DNA of 64,000 nucleotides from a virus: positions 64,001 to 128,000 of IMG/VR virus record IMGVR_UViG_3300022602_002120; one strand, written 5' to 3'. Positions 22,355 through 31,700 of the stretch are shown in pieces. The notes beneath the pieces are model-generated. The model searched no databases. It was not told the DNA's origin and was given only the letters and a program-made list of their open reading frames with translations. Every line of letters begins with the position of its first letter. The stretch's first letter is position 1. The position numbers and the translations under genes are program-made.

Positions 22355-22969
22355 ATGATGTCGATGACGAATTTAAGCATTAAAGGTTTTTTAAAGATAT
22401 TTGACCCTATCAGCATGGAAGTATATGTTGATAAGTGTAATGCTATCCATTATGAAAATTTTAGTATTGCTCTGGCACAAAATGTCGCTAATAAAGGTAC
22501 TAATTTTATTACAGAAATGCACTTTGGTAACGGCGGCACTACCGTTGACCCTACTGGTGTTATTACATACTTGCCTACAAATACTAACGTAGCTAATGCT
22601 GATCTATATAGTCCAACATATTGGAAAATTGTAGATGACACAAATGCAGCTAACCAAGATCCAGTTAATAATAAGATGGTTGTAAACCATACTCCTGGTT
22701 TAAAATATACTGACATTGTAGTTAGTTGTCTATTAGACTATGGTGAGCCGAGTGGTCAGGCTGTATTTGATAACAGCCAATCATTAAATGGTGATTTTGT
22801 ATTTGATGAACTAGGTTTATTTGGCTATGTGCAAGGTGCAAGCGGTCTAGGAGCTGGCTTGCCACTATTAACACATGTAATTTTTAGTCCAGTGCAAAAG
22901 GCACTGAATAGACTTATTCAAATTGACTACACCGTGAGAGTTCAAACGTTAACAAACTTGACAGCATAA
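22355..22969 (+). CDS. Putative baseplate/tail-fibre attachment (tail-collar-like) protein
   Basis: HFGNGG and FVFDELGL..LLTHVIFSPVQK resemble tail-collar/fibre N-terminal domains; it precedes the fibre genes. Confidence 0.5.
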   Translation: MMSMTNLSIKGFLKIFDPISMEVYVDKCNAIHYENFSIALAQNVANKGTNFITEMHFGNGGTTVDPTGVITYLPTNTNVANADLYSPTYWKIVDDTNAANQDPVNNKMVVNHTPGLKYTDIVVSCLLDYGEPSGQAVFDNSQSLNGDFVFDELGLFGYVQGASGLGAGLPLLTHVIFSPVQKALNRLIQIDYTVRVQTLTNLTA

Positions 22970-22982
22970 TTAGGATAATAAA

Positions 22983-24677
22983 ATGTCGTACATAATTAAT
23001 TTACCAAACGGATCATTACTAACAACAATCTTAGATGGAACTATAGATAACACCGCATCGAGTTTAACGTTAGTTGGTCGTAACTATAGTGGATATGGGC
23101 AGATCATAGCTACTGACTTAGTGGCCTTGCTTGTTAATTTTAGTAACAATGTAAGCCCTGCTAGTCCATTACAAGGACAAATTTGGTACGATAGTGGTAA
23201 TAATGTATGTAAAGTATACACAGGTAGTATCTGGAAAAACATTGGCGCTGCTACAGTAGCACCGCCTACATCAATACCTAGTACAACAATTGCTGGCGAC
23301 TTCTGGTGGGATAGCCAAAACAAACAATTATATTGCTACGATGCTACATTGGGGTGGACTCTAGTAGGTCCAGGTTATAGCTATGTATCAGGTAAGAGTG
23401 GTGCAATTACCGAACAACTTTCAGACGGTACTGTGTGGCATGATGTTGTATCATTGTACTTAGATGGTAATCGTACAGCAATTATCAGCCAAAATCAATT
23501 TACTCCAAATGTCAGCATTACAGGATTCAGCGGCCAACTACAAGTTGGTTATAATATGTCTAGTTCTGGGACACAGGGTTATATCTGGGGTACAGCTAAC
23601 AACTCTAGTTACCTAGGCGGCCAACCAGCGGCTAATTATTTTACAAACTATCAAAACAATATCGGTACAGGTAGTTTAACTTTACAAAGTAATGCAGGTG
23701 TTACTCTCGGTACTCTTGGTACACTAGTGGCTAACGTTACTAGTAGCGGCACTGGTAGATTGTACAATACATATCTAGGCGGTAATGTAAGTTTCCATGT
23801 AAACTCGACATTAAACGGCCAAGAAAAATCATTATGGGTTAACGGTTACGATGGCTATGTATATGTTAACTCAGACCCAATTGGACTAATGGGTGTTACT
23901 ACTAAACAATATGTTGACGGTAACATTGTATTAAAAGCAAATATAGCAAGCCCAACACTAACAGGCACACCAGCAGCACCAACACCTACAGCAGGCGATA
24001 ACAGCACAACTATTGCTACTACAGCATTTGTGCAAGGTGCAAATTTGGCATTAAAAGGTTACGTTGATTTTGCTAACACTATTCAAAGCCAACAGACTTC
24101 ACTGAGAGCAAATATTGCTAGCCCAACCTTTACTGGAACACCACAAGCACCAACGCCATTAGTTGGTGATAATAGTGCCAATGTTGCTACAACAGGATTT
24201 GTATACCAAGCCAATGTCGGTATGCAAGGTTATGTGATAAGCAAATTTAACGACACTATATTATACGGTTCACCTACAGCACCAACAGCGCCAGTAGGTA
24301 CAGCTAACTCTATGGTTGCTACAACGGCATTTGTTGTTAATAATTCAGGTTTATTCCCATACAAAATTTATCAACAAAATAGTTGGATGTGGATCAACGA
24401 TACTGGCGTAGGCAGTGCTAACCTAGTACTTGACGGTACAACTGTATTGACAGCTACCTCAAGTGGTGTAGTATTAGCTAGCGGAGCAACCGCAACAACA
24501 CAAAGCCAAACTTATAATGGTTCTGGTGATAGCACAGTGGCTACTACACAATATGTTAAATCAGCTACAAACTGGTGGGGCGGTAGTGCTAAGTGGGTAA
24601 GTACTGATGCGCCTAACCCAGGTGTAAACGATGTTGGATCTAATGATGGTGACATCTGGTTCCAATATACTAATTAA
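22983..24677 (+). CDS. Tail fibre protein 1
   Basis: Shares an N-terminus (SLTLVGRNYSGYG..PLQGQIWYD) with 24692 and 26541; contains P2 gpH/Mu S-like SPTLTGTPAAPT repeats. Confidence 0.75.
   Translation: MSYIINLPNGSLLTTILDGTIDNTASSLTLVGRNYSGYGQIIATDLVALLVNFSNNVSPASPLQGQIWYDSGNNVCKVYTGSIWKNIGAATVAPPTSIPSTTIAGDFWWDSQNKQLYCYDATLGWTLVGPGYSYVSGKSGAITEQLSDGTVWHDVVSLYLDGNRTAIISQNQFTPNVSITGFSGQLQVGYNMSSSGTQGYIWGTANNSSYLGGQPAANYFTNYQNNIGTGSLTLQSNAGVTLGTLGTLVANVTSSGTGRLYNTYLGGNVSFHVNSTLNGQEKSLWVNGYDGYVYVNSDPIGLMGVTTKQYVDGNIVLKANIASPTLTGTPAAPTPTAGDNSTTIATTAFVQGANLALKGYVDFANTIQSQQTSLRANIASPTFTGTPQAPTPLVGDNSANVATTGFVYQANVGMQGYVISKFNDTILYGSPTAPTAPVGTANSMVATTAFVVNNSGLFPYKIYQQNSWMWINDTGVGSANLVLDGTTVLTATSSGVVLASGATATTQSQTYNGSGDSTVATTQYVKSATNWWGGSAKWVSTDAPNPGVNDVGSNDGDIWFQYTN
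23935..24340 (+). repeat. Three phage tail-fibre repeats (SPT.TGTP.APT...G.N...ATT.FV); coordinates approximate
   Basis: ANIASPTLTGTPAAPTPTAGDNSTTIATTAFV; ANIASPTFTGTPQAPTPLVGDNSANVATTGFV; LYGSPTAPTAPVGTANSMVATTAFV. Confidence 0.8.
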
Positions 24678-24691
24678 AGTAAGGTAAAAGA

Positions 24692-25975
24692 ATGGCATAC
24701 TCAATAACGACTACATCAGGTGCTCAAGTAGCAACTGTACAAGACGCAACAATTAACACTACGTCTACAGCTCTAACACTTATTGGTAGAGACTACGCAG
24801 GATATGGTGCGTTTCTTAATGAAAACTTTGTACATCTATTAGAAAATTTTGCCAATGGTACAGCACCGGGACAAAAACTTACAGGTCAAATTTGGTATGA
24901 CACTAGTGTAAACACATTAAAAGTTTGGAACTCAAATCTAAATGGTGGTGTTTGGAAACCAATTAGCAGTTCACTGGCACAAGATTCACAACCTAGTAAC
25001 TCAACATCAAGCCAAGGTGACCTATGGTTTGATACTATTAACAATCAACTACATGCTTATAATAATGGTTGGCAATTAATTGGTCCACCTAACGCAACCA
25101 CAGGTGGTATTACATCTGGTGCGGTAGTTCAATCAGTTAAAGATAGTAGTGGTAACCCACACGTATGTGTATTCATATACATTCAAAACATTGTAATGGG
25201 TATTTGGAGTGACGTTAGTGCGTTTACTCCACAAACTTCTATCAACGGATTTACTATAATTAATCCTGGCCTTAATTTAGTTAGTTCATCAGCTGTACCT
25301 GGATCACAATTTACAGGCGATGTAAGCAACGCTCTAGCATTAAATGGTGTTACGGCTAGCCAATTTCTACGTGCAGATCAAAATACAAATACCCCATACC
25401 AATTAGGTGTTGGTAATTTAATAGTCGGCTCATCACTGGGTCTATCTCAATTTAGTAGTAATAATGAAGTAAGAGTTACTAGTTTAGTGAATGGATACAA
25501 TTTAAATATCTATTCCAATGTTGGCGTTACTCCTACTAGATCTATAGGTATTAGTGGCTCTGATGGTAGCGTTACTATAGATAATAATCTAACAGCAAGT
25601 GGCTCGTTTAATGTTGCTGGTACTACTACATTAAGTGGTGCAACTACGTTGGTTAATATAACAACATTACAAAATAAGATTGTGCCAAATGCTAATGGAA
25701 CAATTGACATTGGCGCCAGTGCAACGGCATTTAATAATGTCTATGCTACAAACTTTAATGGTACGTTAGTCGGTAATGTGGTTGCTAGTGCGGCTACAAT
25801 AGGCAATGCAACGGTTAACGGATCTATAATAATTGCTGGTAATGTGGTTGCTACGCAAACATACGTGGCAAGTTATACACAAACAGCTGGCCAAAATTCA
25901 CAAGGTGCAAAAATTATCAGTACAAGTGCACCAACTGGCGCAGCTAATCAAGGTGACATTTGGTACCAAGTTTAA
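24692..25975 (+). CDS. Tail fibre protein 2
   Basis: Paralogous N-terminus; ends STSAPTGAANQGDIWYQV, similar to fibre 1 (STDAP..GDIWFQY). Confidence 0.7.
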   Translation: MAYSITTTSGAQVATVQDATINTTSTALTLIGRDYAGYGAFLNENFVHLLENFANGTAPGQKLTGQIWYDTSVNTLKVWNSNLNGGVWKPISSSLAQDSQPSNSTSSQGDLWFDTINNQLHAYNNGWQLIGPPNATTGGITSGAVVQSVKDSSGNPHVCVFIYIQNIVMGIWSDVSAFTPQTSINGFTIINPGLNLVSSSAVPGSQFTGDVSNALALNGVTASQFLRADQNTNTPYQLGVGNLIVGSSLGLSQFSSNNEVRVTSLVNGYNLNIYSNVGVTPTRSIGISGSDGSVTIDNNLTASGSFNVAGTTTLSGATTLVNITTLQNKIVPNANGTIDIGASATAFNNVYATNFNGTLVGNVVASAATIGNATVNGSIIIAGNVVATQTYVASYTQTAGQNSQGAKIISTSAPTGAANQGDIWYQV

Positions 25976-25978
25976 TCT

Positions 25979-26503
25979 ATGACAATCAATGTTTATGATA
26001 ATTACCAATGGAAAACACCAAAAGCAATGTATGTTTGGAATGCCAATGCTTGGACTGAAACAAAGTCAGTAAGCATTTATTCAAATGGCTCTTGGCATAC
26101 TCTGCATAATACCGCTGTAATTTCGTCTAATGTTACTAATGCAAACTTGTATTCGATTATGGGTAGTCCTACTGAACCTATTAACATAAAGGTCACAGTA
26201 GCTGCTGGGGTATGGGTTACTAGTGTTAACGCTAACGTTGCTAGTTTTAGCGTAAGCGGATTTCCAGCAGGTAGTAGAATTTATTTGGTTAACCAAGGCA
26301 CTATTCGGGGTGCTACAGGTAATACAGGATGGCCGGGCGGCAATGCTATATCGACTGTAAATTCATTAACCATTAACAACACTGGCTCTATCATTGGTGG
26401 ATCAGCAAATGCCATCGTAAGTGCAGGACAGGGTTATTATTTAAGTGGTAGCTCACTTACTAATTTTGAGAATAGCGGAACATTGCTAGGACTAGTTAAA
26501 TAA
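25979..26503 (+). CDS. Putative fibre-tip adhesin (gp38-like C-terminal region)
   Basis: Trp-spaced N-terminus, then GFPAGSRIYLVNQGTIRGATG..GGNAI..LTINNTGSIIGG. Confidence 0.5.
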   Translation: MTINVYDNYQWKTPKAMYVWNANAWTETKSVSIYSNGSWHTLHNTAVISSNVTNANLYSIMGSPTEPINIKVTVAAGVWVTSVNANVASFSVSGFPAGSRIYLVNQGTIRGATGNTGWPGGNAISTVNSLTINNTGSIIGGSANAIVSAGQGYYLSGSSLTNFENSGTLLGLVK

Positions 26504-26507
26504 CTAA

Positions 26508-26515
26508 GATAAATA
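26508..26515 (+). promoter_or_regulatory. GATAAATA late-promoter-like motif
   Basis: Intergenic GATAAATA plus a second TAAATA at 26525-26530, before the ATG at 26541. Confidence 0.5.
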
Positions 26516-26540
26516 ATATAATATTAAATAGGTTACAAAT

Positions 26541-28427
26541 ATGTCATATACAGTTACTACAACAGCTGGTAAAACCGTAGCTACAGTAGCAGACGGTACA
26601 GTTAATACCACAGCTACAAGCCTTACCCTTATTGGTAAGAACTATGCTGGTTATGGTATTTTCTTAAACGAAAACTATGTTACTTTACTAGAGAACTTTA
26701 GTAATAGCACACCACCAAGCGCACCATTAACAGGTCAACTATGGTACGATAATGTAAATGATATCTTAAAAGTATATAACTCAGCTTCAAACGTTTGGAA
26801 ACCTATTTCAAGTTCAATTTCCCAAGGTACCGCACCTAGTGCTAGCATTTCAGTTACCGGTGATATCTGGTGGGACACAACTAACGCACAATTAAAAATA
26901 TGGTCAGGTAGTGCTTGGATCACGATTGGTCCTACATACACAGCAACATCTGGTACATCAGGCCCAGTTACACAAAGCATCAACGATACTGGCGGCAACC
27001 CACACGTAGTAACTATGTTCTATGTGTCGAATAGTATTATTGCTATCTTAAGCAAAGATGCTACCTTTACACCACAAACAGCAATACCTGGATTTAGTAC
27101 AATTATTCCGGGTATGAACTTAATCAGTCAAAGTACACTATCAGGTGCACAATTCACAGGTGCTACAACAGGAGCAAGTACATTGGGTGGACTATCAGCT
27201 AGCCAATTCTTGCGTAGTGATATTGCACAAACAACCAATTACGCATTTGGTGCAGCCGGCGGCTTAACTGTAGGTAGTGATCTAAGTATTACTACTAGCT
27301 CGGGTACAGCGGTATTTGCAGAAAGCACAAATAATAAAAATATTGTATTTAATATAAACCAAAGCAATACCCCAACTACAGCATTAACCCTACAAGCATC
27401 TACTAACACAGTAGCAGTAGCTGGCCCATTAACAGTAGGCAGCGGAGCAACAGTTACAGGTGCTATTACAGGTACAAGTTACTTAAACGTAGCAGGCAAT
27501 GTCATGTCTGCTGGTGGTATCTTTAACGGATTAACAGTCAATGGAGCAACAAACCATTCTGGAAATATTACACCAACAGCAAATAATGTATCGTATTTAG
27601 GTAATGCCACAAATAGATACAACACAATTTACGGTGTAAACTTAGATGTGTTGACATTAACTACTGGCGGTGCAACAACATTTACACAGGTTAATAGTAG
27701 CGGTAACGTATTAGCACAAGCTGGTACATTTAACGACATGACCATTAATGGTATTACTAGAGTTACTGGTCTTACAAACTACTTAAATGTAACTGGTAAT
27801 ATTATGGGTGCTACGGCTACGTTTGGCACAGCAAACGTAAACGGTGCGATTAACTCAACTGGCCTTATTAATACAAGCGGCAACGTAAGTGCTAGCCAAG
27901 GTAGCTTTGGATCTATTGTTATCACAGGTAGCATGACACCATCTGCTAACATTTCAGCTAGCCAAAACTTAGGTAGTGCATCTAATTGGTTTGGTACTGT
28001 ATATTCTAATAGATTCCAAGGCGTATCAGTTAACGCATTATACGCTGACTTGGCAGAAAATTATTCAGCTGACGCCGCCTATGAGCCAGGTACAGTTGTA
28101 CAACTCAGTGGCGAACAAGAAATTACTATTTGTGATATAGATCTAAGCGATAATGTATTTGGAGTAGTAAGTACTGATCCGGCATATTTGATGAACAGTG
28201 GATTAACTGGTGAATATGTTGCAGCTGTGGCGTTAATAGGACGTACACCTGTTAGAGTAACAGGACAGGTTACAAAAGGTGATCGTTTAGTATCGGCAGG
28301 TAATGGTCTAGCACGAGCAGCAACTAATGGTGAAGCAACATCATTTAATGTAATTGGCCGTAGTTTAGAAGACAAAACAACGTTGACAGAAGGCATCGTT
28401 GAAGCTATAGTTAAATTAAACAGTTAA
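26541..28427 (+). CDS. Tail fibre protein 3 with C-terminal peptidase-G2-like autoproteolytic chaperone domain
   Basis: Paralogous N-terminus; C-terminal YADLAENY..GVVSTDPAYLMN..VALIGRTPVRVTGQVTKGDRLV. Confidence 0.75.
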   Translation: MSYTVTTTAGKTVATVADGTVNTTATSLTLIGKNYAGYGIFLNENYVTLLENFSNSTPPSAPLTGQLWYDNVNDILKVYNSASNVWKPISSSISQGTAPSASISVTGDIWWDTTNAQLKIWSGSAWITIGPTYTATSGTSGPVTQSINDTGGNPHVVTMFYVSNSIIAILSKDATFTPQTAIPGFSTIIPGMNLISQSTLSGAQFTGATTGASTLGGLSASQFLRSDIAQTTNYAFGAAGGLTVGSDLSITTSSGTAVFAESTNNKNIVFNINQSNTPTTALTLQASTNTVAVAGPLTVGSGATVTGAITGTSYLNVAGNVMSAGGIFNGLTVNGATNHSGNITPTANNVSYLGNATNRYNTIYGVNLDVLTLTTGGATTFTQVNSSGNVLAQAGTFNDMTINGITRVTGLTNYLNVTGNIMGATATFGTANVNGAINSTGLINTSGNVSASQGSFGSIVITGSMTPSANISASQNLGSASNWFGTVYSNRFQGVSVNALYADLAENYSADAAYEPGTVVQLSGEQEITICDIDLSDNVFGVVSTDPAYLMNSGLTGEYVAAVALIGRTPVRVTGQVTKGDRLVSAGNGLARAATNGEATSFNVIGRSLEDKTTLTEGIVEAIVKLNS

Positions 28428-28436
28428 GGAATAGAA

Positions 28437-29375
28437 ATGGCGTACTCATCAGGTGGATTAATAGCAGCAACGGACTATAACACATTTGCGTCCGGTGCAA
28501 CAACTAACGCTTCAAATAATTTAAATTTTGTTTGGAGTACGGGCAATGGATCTTATGGATATGGACAAACCGCTGTTGGGCAAGTAGCATCTACTAACAC
28601 AGTAACAGCTACTCAATGGGCTAGTCTTATTAATACATTAAATAATGCGTTAACACACCAAGCTGGTTCGGGTAGTGGTATTAGTGCGCCAACCGCAGGT
28701 GGTACTATTACTTGGTTAAGTACACTGTCAAGCAGTATTGGTACAGCATATTCTAATAGGTTAAATTATGCTGCCCAAGGTAGTACAACTACAGGTAGCG
28801 GATATGGCTATGAGATTACTGGCACAAATGCTACATTTTCTGGGACATTTACGCGAACAATAACATGGTCAAGTGGAGATGCAGCACGTTATTTCTTTAA
28901 CTGTGGTGGCCAAATTAATTGGGTAATTACAAGTGCAGCAAATAATAACGGAACGCTACGTAGTGCTGACTTAGCTACTCAGTGGGCAACATATCAAGCA
29001 GGCGGTAGCATTAAAAATAACTCAGCTGTGCCTCGTACGGGTTCCGGTGGTACAGTAAATACCAGCGCAACTAGTTTAGGATACTGGAGTTTAACGACAT
29101 CGGCTCAGACTATTAGTCAAATTACATCAGCTAATTATCGTTATGAATATAACAGTGATTATACCTATGTTCAAGCATACACAAGCGCACAGAATGCGTC
29201 AGGCAACGGCGATCACGGTGCTGTAATTTATCTAGTATTTGGTTGGTATATGTATGAAACATACGCTGGTCTAAATGACAACGTCGACGTAACGGTTAAC
29301 CATCGTATTGACATTGTAGCTCCAAGTACTAGCGGTGGTCTTTCAGCATCGTGGGGTCTTCCAACTATCACATAA
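28437..29375 (+). CDS. Putative virion structural protein (S/T/G-rich)
   Basis: Composition and position at the end of the tail module; AAGGA Shine-Dalgarno-like site upstream. Confidence 0.5.
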   Translation: MAYSSGGLIAATDYNTFASGATTNASNNLNFVWSTGNGSYGYGQTAVGQVASTNTVTATQWASLINTLNNALTHQAGSGSGISAPTAGGTITWLSTLSSSIGTAYSNRLNYAAQGSTTTGSGYGYEITGTNATFSGTFTRTITWSSGDAARYFFNCGGQINWVITSAANNNGTLRSADLATQWATYQAGGSIKNNSAVPRTGSGGTVNTSATSLGYWSLTTSAQTISQITSANYRYEYNSDYTYVQAYTSAQNASGNGDHGAVIYLVFGWYMYETYAGLNDNVDVTVNHRIDIVAPSTSGGLSASWGLPTIT

Positions 29376-29379
29376 TTGG

Positions 29380-29417
29380 TTGCTTTTTGCAGCCATTGGT
29401 GCTATACTAGATAATTA
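29380..29417 (+). promoter_or_regulatory. Sigma70-type promoter (TTGCTT-N17-TATACT) plus GATAATTA late-like motif
   Basis: -35 at 29380-29385, -10 at 29403-29408; TAATTA at 29412-29417 lies 5 nt before the ATG at 29423. Confidence 0.65.
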
Positions 29418-29422
29418 CTAGT

Positions 29423-29737
29423 ATGAGCGACTTAGACAAACTTACCCAAGAAATACGTTTAGCCACTGACTATCAAGTCAATAAGCGTATCTTACGAGAA
29501 AAAATTCAAACTGACCTACAGGTAACACATAACAGCGGACTGTTTAAGGTTAACCCAGAGCTGATAGCGTTCCTCAACGCCTGGGACTCTAGTGAATTAT
29601 ACCTAGAAGATACCTATAACAACCCAATCAAAGTAAACAGACTTGAGTTTCTAGAACTGTGTAAACAACATTATCAAATGGTAATGAACACATGGCATAT
29701 TCAACATGATGAAATCAAACGTGCCCGCAAAGTCTAG
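29423..29737 (+). CDS. Hypothetical protein, first gene of the large operon
   Basis: 104-aa ORF after the promoter; overlaps the next gene. Confidence 0.6.
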   Translation: MSDLDKLTQEIRLATDYQVNKRILREKIQTDLQVTHNSGLFKVNPELIAFLNAWDSSELYLEDTYNNPIKVNRLEFLELCKQHYQMVMNTWHIQHDEIKRARKV

Positions 29738-30515
29738 AGGTGTACTACTATTTGCATTTAACACAGAAAAGACCAGCTATGTTACTATAGCTGAACGTTC
29801 TGCACGCATTGTTAAACACACCACAGGGCTTCCTGTTACCTTGGTTACAGAACAAGGAACCACCGCAGAAGGGTTTGACAACATAATATATGTTGGCAAT
29901 GAACTTAAAAATTACAAAGTGGGCGAGCAAGGAAGCTGGCGTAATGGCGACCGTTGGCGTGCATATGAACTAAGTCCCTACGATGAAACTATCCTAATAG
30001 ACAGCGACTATCTAATGTTAGATGATAATTTACTTAAGTTATTAGAACAAGACTTTGACTATCGCATAATGTCATACAATAATAAACCTGCCACAGCCTG
30101 GACTCTAAAGATGGGCTTGTTTAGTCATGATTACCTTTGGGCTACTGTAGTTCTATTCCGCAAAACAGCTCGTACTAAACTGTTATTTGATCTAGTTGGG
30201 CGCATTCAACGCAATTATCTATACTATGTGAAACTCTATCACATGCGTGAAGGTAACTTCCGCAATGACTATGCTTTTACTATTGCTAACAATATCCTAA
30301 ATGGCTACGATCTAAGTTTTGGTCAAGGTATAGTTACACCTATGCTGACATTTGCTGATGTAACTACTAGCATTACAGTTAAAAACTCTATGCTAGTGGT
30401 CAAAGAACGTGAAAAAGCCTATGTAATACCTCGTCAGAACATACATGTTATGGACAAAGGATATTTACTCAGCGATAACTTTGGCAACTTTGTGGATACT
30501 GTATGCGCAGAATAG
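29706..30515 (+). CDS. Glycosyltransferase-like protein (GT-A fold)
   Basis: SRGVLLFAFN..YELSPYDETILIDSDY (DxD motif); paralogous to 30503. The true start may be the GTG near 29719. Confidence 0.6.
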   Translation: MMKSNVPAKSRGVLLFAFNTEKTSYVTIAERSARIVKHTTGLPVTLVTEQGTTAEGFDNIIYVGNELKNYKVGEQGSWRNGDRWRAYELSPYDETILIDSDYLMLDDNLLKLLEQDFDYRIMSYNNKPATAWTLKMGLFSHDYLWATVVLFRKTARTKLLFDLVGRIQRNYLYYVKLYHMREGNFRNDYAFTIANNILNGYDLSFGQGIVTPMLTFADVTTSITVKNSMLVVKEREKAYVIPRQNIHVMDKGYLLSDNFGNFVDTVCAE

Positions 30516-31369
30516 CTCAACATCAAGCACAGCAAGGTTTCTTTACCATTGCGCAGAATACTCCAGATGTAGATTATCTACAGCTAGCATACCTACAGGC
30601 CTTGAGCATTAAGTTAACCATGCCAGATAGCCTATATGCTGTGGCTGTTGATAAACCAACACTAGAATCTGTAACTGACCAGCATCGCCAGGTATTTGAC
30701 TATATTATTACCATAGAGCATGATGAAGCTGTCAATGACGATTGGAAGTTACGCAATGAATGGCAAGTGTTTTTCCTAACTCCGTTTAAAGAAACTATTA
30801 AATTAGAAAGTGATATTGTGTTTACCCGTAGTATTGCTCATTGGTGGCATACCTTTAGATTAAAGAACATTGTACTTAGTCAAGGATGTAAAGATTACTA
30901 TGGTAAGAACAGCATGGATAGAACATATCGCCAACTGTTTGATGATAATCAATTACCTGATGTATATAATGGACTGATGTATTATCGTTATAGCCCGGAA
31001 GCCGCTGAGTTCTTTTGGTACGCACGACACATATTTCAAAACTGGAATATAGTTAAAGACCTATTAATTAAGTGCTACGACGATGAGCCTACTACAGATG
31101 TAGTGTATGCTCTAGCGGCTAAGATAGTAGGGGTAGAAACCTGTACTATTCCTGGTGTAGATTTTATTAACTTTACACATATGAAGCCTGCAATTAACAA
31201 ATTTAGTTCAGCATTACCATGGCATGAATTAGCTGTATACGAACTTGAATTACCTATGGTTAGAATTAACAACATTAACCAATACCACCCTCTACATTAC
31301 CAAGATAAGAGTTGGGCCTCAGATGAACTAATCAAGGAATACGAAGATGGATTGGCAAGAAGAGTTTAA
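30503..31369 (+). CDS. Glycosyltransferase-like protein (GT-A fold)
   Basis: QGFFTIAQN..FFLTPFKETIKLESDIVF aligns with the previous gene. Confidence 0.55.
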   Translation: MRRIAQHQAQQGFFTIAQNTPDVDYLQLAYLQALSIKLTMPDSLYAVAVDKPTLESVTDQHRQVFDYIITIEHDEAVNDDWKLRNEWQVFFLTPFKETIKLESDIVFTRSIAHWWHTFRLKNIVLSQGCKDYYGKNSMDRTYRQLFDDNQLPDVYNGLMYYRYSPEAAEFFWYARHIFQNWNIVKDLLIKCYDDEPTTDVVYALAAKIVGVETCTIPGVDFINFTHMKPAINKFSSALPWHELAVYELELPMVRINNINQYHPLHYQDKSWASDELIKEYEDGLARRV

Positions 31370-31700
31370 TGCGGCTATAGCTGCAATGGCAATCGTGCCA
31401 GAACCTATAGAATATCGCTTGCATTATGATGATGGCGGTAATATTATTATGTGTACGATGCAGCAACACCCAAAAGACACAGAATACTTGGTTGTAGATA
31501 AAGAAATCTACGAAAATTATGCTCGTTATCGTGTAAATGTTGATAAAAAACGTCTAATAAAGATTGACATAAACCCAGGGGTGAGTGTACAATTAAAACG
31601 TAGCAATCAAGGATTTAAAACTGTAAAACATCATGCTGGCTTATTAATAGAGCCAGATGAAACCTATGAAGATATAGAATACTATGACACAACTTATTGA
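31347..31700 (+). CDS. Hypothetical protein
   Basis: 117-aa ORF overlapping both neighbours. Confidence 0.6.
   Translation: MDWQEEFNAAIAAMAIVPEPIEYRLHYDDGGNIIMCTMQQHPKDTEYLVVDKEIYENYARYRVNVDKKRLIKIDINPGVSVQLKRSNQGFKTVKHHAGLLIEPDETYEDIEYYDTTY

Noticed and set aside
22983-28427. Diversity-generating retroelement or invertible fibre cassette
   Set aside because: I saw no reverse transcriptase, invertase or near-identical nucleotide repeat pair; similarities among the fibres are diverged and at protein level.
1-29375. Bacterial eCIS/T6SS locus or giant eukaryotic virus
   Set aside because: The T4-like baseplate plus fibres, dense small ORFs, phage-type nucleotide genes and sigma70/Shine-Dalgarno signals fit a bacteriophage.
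29378-29394. Rho-independent terminator after the tail module
   Set aside because: The hairpin is short and has no following U-tract; it overlaps the -35 and is noted only as a possible regulatory element.
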